From a virus: a DNA stretch of 59,375 nt. Where the stretch lies: IMG/VR virus record IMGVR_UViG_3300029848_000008; one strand, 5' to 3'. Positions 40,998 through 49,310 of this stretch are shown piece after piece. Position 1 is the first letter of the stretch; each line of letters starts with the position of its first letter. The notes below the pieces were generated by a model. The model did no database searches, was not told the DNA's origin, and was given only the letters and a program-made list of their open reading frames with translations. The position numbers and the translations under genes are program-made.

Positions 40998-42217
40998 GTC
41001 GATGGCCATTTGACCCACTTCCTTTCATTGAATTGTTTCTTCTGGCTCAAGGCCCTGGCAATGGCCAGATCAATGCCCGCCCGGCTTTTGAAGTGGTAGT
41101 AATACAGATCCGTATAGGGGGTATTCAGCCGGTCAATACGTCCGGCAGCCTGTGCCATCACCTTGTAGGAGTAGTTCTGTGAATAGAACACCGTGGTATC
41201 GGTTGTGATGCAGTTCCAGCCCTCGCAGCCAGCGGTATACTGTACCAGATACACCCAGCTTTTGCCCTTTGGCACCGGCTGATGGGCGTGGCCATTCCAC
41301 TGGGCCACCTCCGTGCCTGGAGCGTAGGCAAGATTTCTTAAAATATCCAGCTCGTAGTCAAAGTTGTAGAAGATGATGGCTCGTGGGTGTTTCTCCAGCA
41401 GAGCAAGCAGACGAAGCTGACGGCTTTCATCCTCATTGACCACCCGTCGCAGGTTGTAGCACAGCTCACTGGCATTCTTCACTGGCTCTCCGGTCCAGGG
41501 GTTCCACCGGTCTCGGAAAAGGCCTTTGTAGCGCAGAATATCATAGTCCGCGTATATGTCCTCGTGGTGAGCTACCGTTTCCCGGTGGAAGTCCATGGTG
41601 ACCAGAATTTCATTCCGGAGCCGGAGCAGCTTGCCGGTGTTCAGATACCGGTCGATCTGGGGGAAGGGCGTGCGGGGATTATAGACCACGTGCTCCCGCA
41701 GGAAGGCTGTGCGGTTCTTATAGAAGCCGTTGGCTAGAAACACAGGAATATAATCGCTCCAGGTGTCCCCCGGAGTGGCAGACAGCAGGATCCACTGGTT
41801 GACCTTGGCGATTTTCAGAAAGGCCTTTACCCAGCTGCCGCTGCCCACCACCCGCTGCTCGTCAAAAAGAAAAAACGCGCCGGTAACGGCTGCGTATTTT
41901 GGAATATTGTTCCAGCTGTCCACCACCACCCGGACGCCGTAGGGGTTCTCGTCAGGTTTAATGGACAGGCCGAAGGGGGCCAGCTCCGCCTCCCATTCCA
42001 GCGTGTCACGCTTCCGGGCCGTGGTGATTATGTACAGGTCGCGGGGGTTTTGCATGCGCACGTAGTTTTCCGGCCCCAGCACGCCGCCCTGCTGGAGGTA
42101 GTAGTAGCCAAGGGCGGTACGGCTTTTGCCGCTGCCCACGCCGCCGCACAGGATGCACCCGTTGCGCATTTTCCGCACGGCCTCCATCTGGTACGGGTAC
42201 AGGGAGACGCCCGCCAT
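40994..42217 (-). CDS. SF2 (SNF2/DEAD-like) helicase
   Basis: LYPYQ, GGVGSGKS (Walker A), FLFDEQ (motif II), LLSATPG (motif III), QAAGRIDR (motif VI). Confidence 0.8.
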   Translation of the reverse strand: MAGVSLYPYQMEAVRKMRNGCILCGGVGSGKSRTALGYYYLQQGGVLGPENYVRMQNPRDLYIITTARKRDTLEWEAELAPFGLSIKPDENPYGVRVVVDSWNNIPKYAAVTGAFFLFDEQRVVGSGSWVKAFLKIAKVNQWILLSATPGDTWSDYIPVFLANGFYKNRTAFLREHVVYNPRTPFPQIDRYLNTGKLLRLRNEILVTMDFHRETVAHHEDIYADYDILRYKGLFRDRWNPWTGEPVKNASELCYNLRRVVNEDESRQLRLLALLEKHPRAIIFYNFDYELDILRNLAYAPGTEVAQWNGHAHQPVPKGKSWVYLVQYTAGCEGWNCITTDTTVFYSQNYSYKVMAQAAGRIDRLNTPYTDLYYYHFKSRAGIDLAIARALSQKKQFNERKWVKWPST

Positions 42218-42219
42218 GG

Positions 42220-42879
42220 TCAGTGCCCTTCCTCGTCCAGACGGCGATGGGCCTCCCGCTTTGCCTGCATTTCATCCATATGCAGGCGTACAAAACGTTC
42301 CCACTCCTGACGCTTGTACTCCTGCTCCAGGCGGCGCTTCTCCGCCCTTGCCTTCTTCTCTTCCTCCCGAAGCCGCCGGGCACGGGCGTTCTTCCGTTCC
42401 TCGTCCGCCTGGTCTACCGCGTGGGAGAGCGCCGTGGTGCTGCCGAAGCAGCGCTTGGCATAGGCAATGCAGAAGGCCGCGAAGGTGCCGCAGTCCTGCT
42501 TGCCCTCCTCCAGCACCACGTGGGTCTTGCTGCCGTCCGTCCACCACACCACGGTGGTGCGGCCCCGGCGGGCGATGTGCTTGGGAATGATGGTGTTGTC
42601 CACGATGAATCCGTCGCCGCTATCAGAAGTGTACTCCTTGGGGATGTATCCATGGGCACCCTTGATATGTGGCGCGTAGGCCCGACTGCCCGGCTGAAGA
42701 TCACCGGTGCTGGTGGTCGTAGCACACGAGCAGGTGAAAATATCGTTCAGGTTATTGGATGTGATCGTGTCACGGGTAGTGATGTCTGCATTCATAATGG
42801 TTTGGACTCCTTCCTTTTCGAGCTGTTCCTGTTGTCTTCTCATGAAATATCCATCCAGAGGGTTGCACCATTTAGACAT
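42220..42879 (-). CDS. Hypothetical protein with a basic coiled-coil tail
   Basis: 219-aa ORF. TTVVWWTDGSKTHVVLEEGKQDCGTFAAFCIAYAKRCFG. Confidence 0.5.
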   Translation of the reverse strand: MSKWCNPLDGYFMRRQQEQLEKEGVQTIMNADITTRDTITSNNLNDIFTCSCATTTSTGDLQPGSRAYAPHIKGAHGYIPKEYTSDSGDGFIVDNTIIPKHIARRGRTTVVWWTDGSKTHVVLEEGKQDCGTFAAFCIAYAKRCFGSTTALSHAVDQADEERKNARARRLREEEKKARAEKRRLEQEYKRQEWERFVRLHMDEMQAKREAHRRLDEEGH

Positions 42880-43426
42880 ATTTCCAACTCCAATACTCGT
42901 TTTCTCCGATGAATTTCAGCACGATGTTGTAAATGGCCTCCGGTGGGAAAATATCACTGAGTAATACAAGGTCCGGCTGCACCAGCGCCTTCATGGCGGG
43001 GGAGAAACGCTCCCGATCTTCCTGGATGCGGCGCAGGGCTTGTTGCTCATCGTCCCCCCGGGCCAACATCCGTCCCTTGGCGGCTCTTTCCGAAATATCC
43101 AGCCAAATGATGCGCAGCTTCTTTTTGCAGCGCTGCCGCAAGGTCAATAGTCCCGCCGGGTCGATGACATACAGGTCGCAGCGAGAAAGCTCCTCAAAGG
43201 TAACGCCATAGTGGTAACCATCGTATTTGGTGTAGGCTGCCAGATTATGCCGCTGATCCTGAAACCATTTTTCATCCGTAAAAATGTGCCCAGGCTCGTT
43301 TGGATACCGGGGCGGACGAGTGGTGCGGCTGACCACCGGGGTCATGCGGCGCTTCATGGTCAGCTGAGCGGCCAGTGTGCTCTTGCCGCTGCCGCTGGGG
43401 CCGACAATGCAATATAAACACCTCAT
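42872..43426 (-). CDS. Guanylate-kinase-like P-loop nucleotide kinase
   Basis: GPSGSGKSTL, then SRTTRPPRYPNEPGHIF. Confidence 0.7.
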   Translation of the reverse strand: MRCLYCIVGPSGSGKSTLAAQLTMKRRMTPVVSRTTRPPRYPNEPGHIFTDEKWFQDQRHNLAAYTKYDGYHYGVTFEELSRCDLYVIDPAGLLTLRQRCKKKLRIIWLDISERAAKGRMLARGDDEQQALRRIQEDRERFSPAMKALVQPDLVLLSDIFPPEAIYNIVLKFIGENEYWSWKYV

Positions 43427-43905
43427 CAGAAGGGCTCCTCTCCGGGGTACTCCATGGCTGCATACTTCTCCGCGAATTCGTCCTCTTCAAGGGTGGCATA
43501 CATCGTCTTCAGGTATGCCTTCACGCCGGTCTTTCCGTTGACCTCCCACTGATAGGGGCGGATGACTACGTCAACAATGCACAGCTCCGCGTAGTCCAGC
43601 GTGGAAATGGTGTCCTCGGTCAGCTCGGTCATGACTTTGCGGGTCACCATGTAAATTTTCGGAGGAATATGGTCAAAGCTGACGGCCACCTGCAGGTAAT
43701 GGCGGGGCGCTTCGTCCTCATCCCGAGGCGCCAGCACGCGGATGTTCCACCCGTCCTCAGACAGTTGCTGGGCCATAGCCGGGTCCTCGATGACCACGCA
43801 GAAGTTGCGGCAGCCCTTGCGGTTGTACTTGGTTTCATTGCCCGCAAAGTTGCGGAACAGGATCCGGGCGTCTGCGATGGAGATGTTGGGAATACGCTTT
43901 TCCAT
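43426..43905 (-). CDS. Putative ssDNA-binding protein
   Basis: 159 aa. The acidic C-terminus ends in Phe (EYPGEEPF), as in SSB/gp2.5-type tails. Replication-module position. The fold was not verified. Confidence 0.4.
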   Translation of the reverse strand: MEKRIPNISIADARILFRNFAGNETKYNRKGCRNFCVVIEDPAMAQQLSEDGWNIRVLAPRDEDEAPRHYLQVAVSFDHIPPKIYMVTRKVMTELTEDTISTLDYAELCIVDVVIRPYQWEVNGKTGVKAYLKTMYATLEEDEFAEKYAAMEYPGEEPF

Positions 43906-44007
43906 GAGATTCAGTCTCCTTTCTTATTCAGAAACACATTTTTTGCATAAAGAAAAGAGGGACCGCTTTTCAGCAGCTCCTCTTTTTTGACAGGGGAAAA
44001 TGGGTGT

Positions 44008-44277
44008 TCAGTTATGAACCGGCGTACTCTGATGATACAGCCAGTCCGGGTCCACGTCCAGCTGTTTGTTCCAGACCACGGTGTTGTAATCCACGTGGGC
44101 CGTCTCAAACAAAGCCGGATCGTTGGCCAGCTCCCGATAACATGGAAGGCCAAACAGCTCCTTCCTCGCGTTGAAATCCCGAATTTCTCCGTTCCGGAAG
44201 CGTACCCGCAGGGTTCCGTCTCTGGCGCTGAGCACTTCCGCCGCCCTCGGCGTCTTCAGCGGTATTGCGTTTCTCAT
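44008..44277 (-). CDS. DUF2442 domain protein
   Basis: LRVRFRNGEIRDFNARKELF...YNTVVWNKQLDVDPDWLY fits the DUF2442 pattern. Confidence 0.65.
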   Translation of the reverse strand: MRNAIPLKTPRAAEVLSARDGTLRVRFRNGEIRDFNARKELFGLPCYRELANDPALFETAHVDYNTVVWNKQLDVDPDWLYHQSTPVHN

Positions 44278-44298
44278 TCTGTCAGCCTCCCGTTTTTC

Positions 44299-44574
44299 TT
44301 ATTTCCTCTTTTTCAGAGGATCAATCTGAATCAGTTCCCGATGGATGAGGGTCAAATACCAGTTTGCAGCCAATTCATTGTAATGAATCAGCGCCCATTT
44401 GCGGACCAGGCGGGCCTGTCTTCCCGGAAGATAACCTTCCATGATTTCTCCGTTCAGTGTGACCACTGCCTCGTTGCTTCCATACAGCACATGAAAATGG
44501 GGCGTATGATGTCGCTCGCCTTTTTCGTAGTGCATCATGATTACAATCCCATTGAATTCCGATACCACAGGCAT
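44299..44574 (-). CDS. DUF4160 domain protein
   Basis: Start at MPVVSEFNGIVIMMHYEKGERHHTPHFHVLYG behind an AAGGAGGG RBS. Classic DUF4160 N-terminus. Confidence 0.7.
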   Translation of the reverse strand: MPVVSEFNGIVIMMHYEKGERHHTPHFHVLYGSNEAVVTLNGEIMEGYLPGRQARLVRKWALIHYNELAANWYLTLIHRELIQIDPLKKRK

Positions 44575-44590
44575 ATCCCGTGCCCTCCTT

Positions 44591-44619
44591 AGTATAGAAA
44601 ATCCCATTTTCCCTGTCAA
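44591..44619 (-). promoter_or_regulatory. Near-consensus sigma70 promoter driving DUF4160/DUF2442
   Basis: Minus strand reads TTGACA (44619-14), 17-nt spacer, TATACT (44596-91). Confidence 0.7.
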
Positions 44620-44622
44620 GTC

Positions 44623-44639
44623 GGTGCGCAAAGCGCACC
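44623..44639. promoter_or_regulatory. 17-bp perfect palindrome GGTGCGCAAAGCGCACC (operator-like), copy 1
   Basis: Abuts the -35 of the minus-strand promoter. Same element at 44738 and 48962. Confidence 0.6.
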
Positions 44640-44690
44640 CTCCGTAAAACGCATGGTTTTTCACGCGGCATTCGGCGGCTAAACGGGGCG

Positions 44691-44719
44691 TTGACGGTTC
44701 CTCCTTTCTTTGATAGAAT
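44691..44719 (+). promoter_or_regulatory. Near-consensus sigma70 promoter on the plus strand (divergent from 44591..44619)
   Basis: TTGACG (44691-96), 17-nt spacer, TG-a-TAGAAT (44711-19). Confidence 0.7.
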
Positions 44720-44737
44720 CTTGAGCACCATCCCATC

Positions 44738-44754
44738 GGTGCACAAAGCGCACC
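44738..44754. promoter_or_regulatory. Palindrome copy 2 (GGTGCACAAAGCGCACC)
   Basis: One mismatch. Lies ~15-20 nt downstream of the predicted plus-strand start site. Confidence 0.6.
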
Positions 44755-44804
44755 CTCCATAAAAGCGTCCGCCCCCCAGCAGCCGCTTTCTGAAATCAGG
44801 TGCA

Positions 44805-44993
44805 ATGAAAGGAAAAAGCGGAATGAACGAAACGCAACTTTCCAATGTTCAAGTAGGCAAGTCAACGCCCTGGTTAGCCGCCGGTGCCATGATCGCAATC
44901 ACCGGATTGCTGGGATTTGCAATCGCTAAGGATGATCGGTTCCGATTGCGTTACCAGGGTTTCGAATGCACAATAGAGCCTGCTACGCTGTAA
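44805..44993 (+). CDS. Small plus-strand single-TM ORF converging on the polymerase gene
   Basis: 56-62 aa (ATG at 44805 or 44823). TM segment PWLAAGAMIAITGLLGFAIA. Weak RBS. Overlaps the polymerase stop by 11 nt. Confidence 0.4.
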   Translation: MKGKSGMNETQLSNVQVGKSTPWLAAGAMIAITGLLGFAIAKDDRFRLRYQGFECTIEPATL

Positions 44994-47900
44994 ACCCTTC
45001 AAAGTCGCCGTACTGGCTGATGGTCTGCACGGCGTCGTCCGCCAGCTTGCGGTAGTAGCTGCAGTCGATGTCCGCCTCCTTGCCCAGGCCTCGCACCATT
45101 TCCGATTCCAGCCAGCGGTAGCCCTTGCTGCCCGTGGCGGCGGAATACTTGCCGTCCTTTTCCCGCAGCAGCAGGCCTCCGCCCTTGCCGGGAAGGATGG
45201 GACAGAACTGACCTACCTTGCCCACAAAGCGGTAATGGTGCTCATCCTCCGGCAGGTCCTCGTTCATATCCAGGTATAAGCTGCTGGTAACGGACTTGGT
45301 TTCGCACAGGTCTTCGAAGGCGATTTCTTCCCGGCTGAACAGAGTCTTGAATACGTAGGGCACGGCAAACTGGGCCCCGGTGGCCGTCCATTGGCCGCCA
45401 TGTTTGGCGCAGTCCTTGGGAGAATATCCATAGGCGTTCTGGCACCAGTCCGCGTCCGCATATTTGGCAATGTATACAGCATCGTTCACCAAGCACATGC
45501 GTCCATATGTGGCCTCATGCTCGAAATTGTAGCCATAGCGCTTGCCGTACTCCATCACAAGGGCAATGATCTCCGGCGTCGCATTGGGAATCTTGATAGA
45601 GTCTGTCTTGATGTGAGCCACGGTAAAGCCCTGCTCCTGTACAACGCGCTTTAAGTTAATCATGAACAACGCGCCCCGCTTGGCCACAATGTTGTCCTTG
45701 TTTCGGATGTCCCTAAAGGGATTGTCGAACTTGGCACTTGTCAGGCCGTACACCGAGTTGATGGCGATTTTCAGTGCACCCGCCAGATCGTCCGCCGCGT
45801 TTTCGTCCGTCAGGTACTTGGCCAGCGCACCGCCCAGCATTTTCCTGGCCCGGTCGAAGTCCCGGTGCTTGATGGCAATGCGCGCGTCCAGAATTTCCTT
45901 GAACCGGGCGGTGTACTCTGGGCCGAACAGTTCCTCTGCTACGATGCTAGATGGGTGCATGCTGGCAATATCCAGAAGAGCCACGTCCGTATACATGCCA
46001 GGCTCGGCGTATACGTAGCCGCCTTCGCCAACCTCTTCGCCACGGTAGGTACTTTTACCGTTTTCGTATCGGTAGCCGGGGAACACAGGGCGGTTGTGAA
46101 TATCAAAGCGGGTGTGATCGTCCACCTTGCCGGTGAAGAACACGCTGTCCACCAGCACGGTGCAGTCGTCGTTGTCGTGCACTTCGCCCATGTCCCGGTA
46201 GGAAAAGGCACTTTGGGGGGTGCGATTCTTGCCGAAGATGATGCGGGTGGTCAGGCTGTTGGTGGTATCATTCACGGTCATGCCCGCCACGTCCGCCAGA
46301 ATCTGACGAGCGGTGAAGTCCGCTCTCAGATGGTTGAAGACCTTCTCGGTAGCGATGACGTCATTATCACAGTATTCTGCTACCTTGCTCCACTGGTCCT
46401 CAGGCACAGGCTGATCCCAGGGAAGGCCCAGTTCCTGATGGTGAATACCCAGCTCGATCTCCCATTTTTTCAGGCTCTGCTTTTTCTTGCTGAAGTCGTA
46501 CACATCCGTATAGCTCACGTTATACGCCTCTCCGAAGAAGCAGTTGGCGCTGCCCGTGACGATGCGGTTGGACAGAGTGTACAGCCGGGCGTTATCATAG
46601 CCCATCAGGCAGGCGTAGAGCATGTGGTTGTCGTACCGGCGGCAGTTAAAGCCCACCAGCCGGAACTTCATCAGGGCCTCGATTTCCGCGGGCTTGGGGT
46701 TTATCATGCGCACCACGGGCTTGCTCTCGCCCTGTTTTTTCCAGTTGACCAGAAACAGGTTGGGGAAGACCTCCACATCGTAGAACACCAGCTCACTGCC
46801 GTCGTTCACGGATGGGTCGGAGATCTCGTCGCTTTTGAACTTCATTTTGTTTACCAGCTTCAGGCAGGCATCCGCCTGATGGGTGCTGCTGGCGGCGAAG
46901 GCCAGAATGCCGTTGCGCATGTCGGTCACATCGTAGTGCAGGCCGCTTGCGTAGGCGTCTTCCAGAATTTTGTAGATGAAGTCCACGCTGGGCTTGGTGG
47001 CGGGGTGAATTTCCTTGTTCAGGTTTCGGAGGATCAGCGTCCGAAGCCCTTTTTCACTTTTGACAGTATCAAAGTTGACCATTTTCTCTCCTTTCAGGGG
47101 CAGACCCGAGGAAATCGTGCTGACGGGCAGCTGGTTGCAACGGCTCAGCCTGCGCCGTAGGCTGCTGCTGCCGGTGAATACCTTCACCTCGATATGGTCC
47201 TCGTACACCCGGCTCAGCCGGGAGGGGTCGCCAGAATAAAGATAATGCAGGTGAATACCCGCCCCACCCTTGCTGACTTCCGCGTAGGTGGGCGGCCACT
47301 TGCTTGCCTCCTGCCGGTTTTTCTCAAAGCATTTGTTTCCGTTTTCGTCCGTCAGGTCGAAGTCAATCACAATATGATTTTCCGGCACTCGCACATAGTG
47401 CAGACGGCGGGTGTCCAGCTCCTTGAGGGTGGTGGTCACGTCCGTCCACTTCTTCTGGGGCGTTTCCCGCTCGCTGGCGTACTGGGCCGGGCAGTCCGCG
47501 CAAAGCTTGTCCAGAATGGACTCGCCCTCCTCCAGTTGAAGCCAGCTCTTCGTACTGGCAGGCGGCGGTTCCGACTCTGATTCCTCGAAAATATCCGTGC
47601 GGAAGCCCGTATACCGGCTGCGCACCCGGGCGCCGTCCTCCTGCTGCCACCGGTCCCGGTATTCCCGAAAGTAGTTCTTCAGCTCTTCCTTAAACACACG
47701 CTGGCTCATGGGATAACCCACCTTGGCCTCGTCGCAGTAGGTCTTATACATCTCCCATGCGGCCTTCAGGGTGGTGCCATCCTCCTTAAGGAACACTGGG
47801 TAGCTGTCCAGCATGTAGTTATAGAAGTCGTTGCTGGCCCCCATCATGGCCGTGGGAATATAATGATCGTATCGGCCCGGGTCGCTGCGATAGAAGGCTA

Positions 47901-48891
47901 GGCATCGGCTGGCAATGGCCCCCAGCTCAAAGCTGACCTGCTTCATCACTTGCTTGTACTCTGCAGCGGGCAGCTTGTCACCGGAGGGTGAAATATCAAT
48001 CAAACGGCGGATGAGGCCGCTCTTGCCGTCGGTGATGCGCACAGGCTTGTTGGTGCCCATGAACAGGAAGCACTTGAAGCGGTTGGCGTAGGTGGACTTG
48101 AACTTTTCGTTCACGGTCATCAGCTCGTGGCTGACCAGTGAGTTCAGGCGGGTGTTGTCCTCGATCCGGCTCAGGTCGCCGTCGTGCTGAATGGCTACCA
48201 GCGGGTTGGACTTGAAGGCCTCCAGCGCAAAGCTGTTACTGGAGGAGCCCAGCGCCTTGGCGTCAAACACCGATGTATACCCCTCGAACAGCTGGCCGAT
48301 CACATTCAGGATGGTGGATTTACCCGTTCCAGCCGCACCATAGAGCACCGCGAACTTCTGCAGCTTCCGACTATCGCCGCTGACCACGCTGCCAATGGCC
48401 CATTCGATCTTCGCCCGCTCCTCGGGAGAATATAACGTGCCCGTCAGCCGGTCCCAGGCGTCAGTGGGCCCCTCCTCAAGCGGATAGGGCAGCTTTTTGG
48501 AGGCGTAGTCCTTCTTTACGGTGACCGTGTTCTGGAAGATTAGCTTCTCGTCCAGCATGTGGAAGCTGTCACGCATGTCCTTCTGGCAATACTGGTGCCA
48601 GACGGAGATCATGCGGCTTTCCGCGTCCCACATGTGCATCACTTTCACGTGGCCCTCCAGCCGTTCCTGGTTTTCGTCCGCATAGCGGTCCAGCTCCCGG
48701 TCAATCAGCTGCAGCGCGTCCTGTTCGTCGGTGGACCACAGACCCCGTTCCTCCAGCCAGACGGCGTAAAAGTCGCCGCCACGAATCATCAGGTCGGCGC
48801 TTTTCTTAATGATGAATTTTGGATAGATTTCGATGACGCCCCTCTTCGTGGGGCGGGTCGCAATGGTGACAAAGTCGAGCATGGTGTTCAT
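44983..48891 (-). CDS. Helicase (P4/D5-type P-loop) - AEP primase - family B DNA polymerase fusion protein
   Basis: VLYGAAGTGKST. HIVIDFDLTD plus GGAGIHLHY. Exo motifs FYDVEV, GFNCRRYDNHML, YCDNDV. Pol motifs LLDIASMHPS, KIAINSVYG, HIKTDS. The ATG at 48882 has the better RBS spacing. Confidence 0.8.
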   Translation of the reverse strand: MNTMLDFVTIATRPTKRGVIEIYPKFIIKKSADLMIRGGDFYAVWLEERGLWSTDEQDALQLIDRELDRYADENQERLEGHVKVMHMWDAESRMISVWHQYCQKDMRDSFHMLDEKLIFQNTVTVKKDYASKKLPYPLEEGPTDAWDRLTGTLYSPEERAKIEWAIGSVVSGDSRKLQKFAVLYGAAGTGKSTILNVIGQLFEGYTSVFDAKALGSSSNSFALEAFKSNPLVAIQHDGDLSRIEDNTRLNSLVSHELMTVNEKFKSTYANRFKCFLFMGTNKPVRITDGKSGLIRRLIDISPSGDKLPAAEYKQVMKQVSFELGAIASRCLAFYRSDPGRYDHYIPTAMMGASNDFYNYMLDSYPVFLKEDGTTLKAAWEMYKTYCDEAKVGYPMSQRVFKEELKNYFREYRDRWQQEDGARVRSRYTGFRTDIFEESESEPPPASTKSWLQLEEGESILDKLCADCPAQYASERETPQKKWTDVTTTLKELDTRRLHYVRVPENHIVIDFDLTDENGNKCFEKNRQEASKWPPTYAEVSKGGAGIHLHYLYSGDPSRLSRVYEDHIEVKVFTGSSSLRRRLSRCNQLPVSTISSGLPLKGEKMVNFDTVKSEKGLRTLILRNLNKEIHPATKPSVDFIYKILEDAYASGLHYDVTDMRNGILAFAASSTHQADACLKLVNKMKFKSDEISDPSVNDGSELVFYDVEVFPNLFLVNWKKQGESKPVVRMINPKPAEIEALMKFRLVGFNCRRYDNHMLYACLMGYDNARLYTLSNRIVTGSANCFFGEAYNVSYTDVYDFSKKKQSLKKWEIELGIHHQELGLPWDQPVPEDQWSKVAEYCDNDVIATEKVFNHLRADFTARQILADVAGMTVNDTTNSLTTRIIFGKNRTPQSAFSYRDMGEVHDNDDCTVLVDSVFFTGKVDDHTRFDIHNRPVFPGYRYENGKSTYRGEEVGEGGYVYAEPGMYTDVALLDIASMHPSSIVAEELFGPEYTARFKEILDARIAIKHRDFDRARKMLGGALAKYLTDENAADDLAGALKIAINSVYGLTSAKFDNPFRDIRNKDNIVAKRGALFMINLKRVVQEQGFTVAHIKTDSIKIPNATPEIIALVMEYGKRYGYNFEHEATYGRMCLVNDAVYIAKYADADWCQNAYGYSPKDCAKHGGQWTATGAQFAVPYVFKTLFSREEIAFEDLCETKSVTSSLYLDMNEDLPEDEHHYRFVGKVGQFCPILPGKGGGLLLREKDGKYSAATGSKGYRWLESEMVRGLGKEADIDCSYYRKLADDAVQTISQYGDFEGFTA

Positions 48892-48899
48892 CCTTCATG

Positions 48900-48985
48900 T
48901 CGGCCCGCATTTCATTGCGGGCTTCGGACTGCGGTACCGTTTCACGGTGTCCTCGTCCTCGGTGCGCTTTGCGCACCCTCCGTTT
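48900..48985 (-). repeat. Structured leader repeat copy A (upstream of the polymerase gene); includes palindrome copy 3 at 48962..48978
   Basis: gcggtaccgtttcacggtgtcctcgtcctcggt + GGTGCGCTTTGCGCACC + ctccgt. Homologous to 49259..49310. Confidence 0.8.
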
Positions 48986-49005
48986 CGGCCCGCATTTCAT
49001 TGCAT

Positions 49006-49245
49006 TCATTCTTCATTGGTTGCAGAATTCGTTCCGCCTCCTTCGGGCTGAGTGGTGTCCGTCTGCCGCTCATTGAGCAGATGCACCACAGCGCAACTCA
49101 GGACGCCCACGCCGAAGCACAACAGGCGGTTTATCTTTTTCTGGCGACGGAGCCGTTTTTCCATATCCCGCATCAGGGTTTCGGAGCGCTCCAGCGCCCG
49201 GTAGACCCAGTTCATCATTTCATCCATATTTTTCTCTCCCTTCAT
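49006..49245 (-). CDS. Small single-TM protein
   Basis: AGGAAGG RBS. TM segment LLCFGVGVLSCAVVHLL. Confidence 0.6.
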   Translation of the reverse strand: MKGEKNMDEMMNWVYRALERSETLMRDMEKRLRRQKKINRLLCFGVGVLSCAVVHLLNERQTDTTQPEGGGTNSATNEE

Positions 49246-49258
49246 TGTCGACCTTCCT

Positions 49259-49310
49259 ATCGGCCCGCGGTACCGCTTCGCGGTGTCCTCGTCCTCGGTT
49301 CACCCTCCGT
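49259..49310 (-). repeat. Structured leader repeat copy B (palindrome half deleted)
   Basis: tcggcccgcggtaccgcttcgcggtgtcctcgtcctcggttcaccctccgt. Confidence 0.8.

Noticed and set aside
43921-43990. Additional copies of the CCGCG/A-tract motif (TATGCAAAAAATGTG...TAAGAA at about 43921..43950, TTACGAAAAAAGTGC at about 40115..40135, TTGCGAAAAACAATCCC at about 56015..56040)
   Set aside because: They share only the A-tract. The CGCG clamp, the 17-nt spacing or the TTATGA box is missing. I kept them out of the motif set to avoid inflating it.
44299-44898. Long N-terminal extension of the DUF4160 ORF (199 aa) and overlapping ORF 44375..44845
   Set aside because: The extension crosses two consensus promoters and the palindromes. 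The DUF4160 domain begins exactly at MPVVSEF, which has a strong RBS at 44574.
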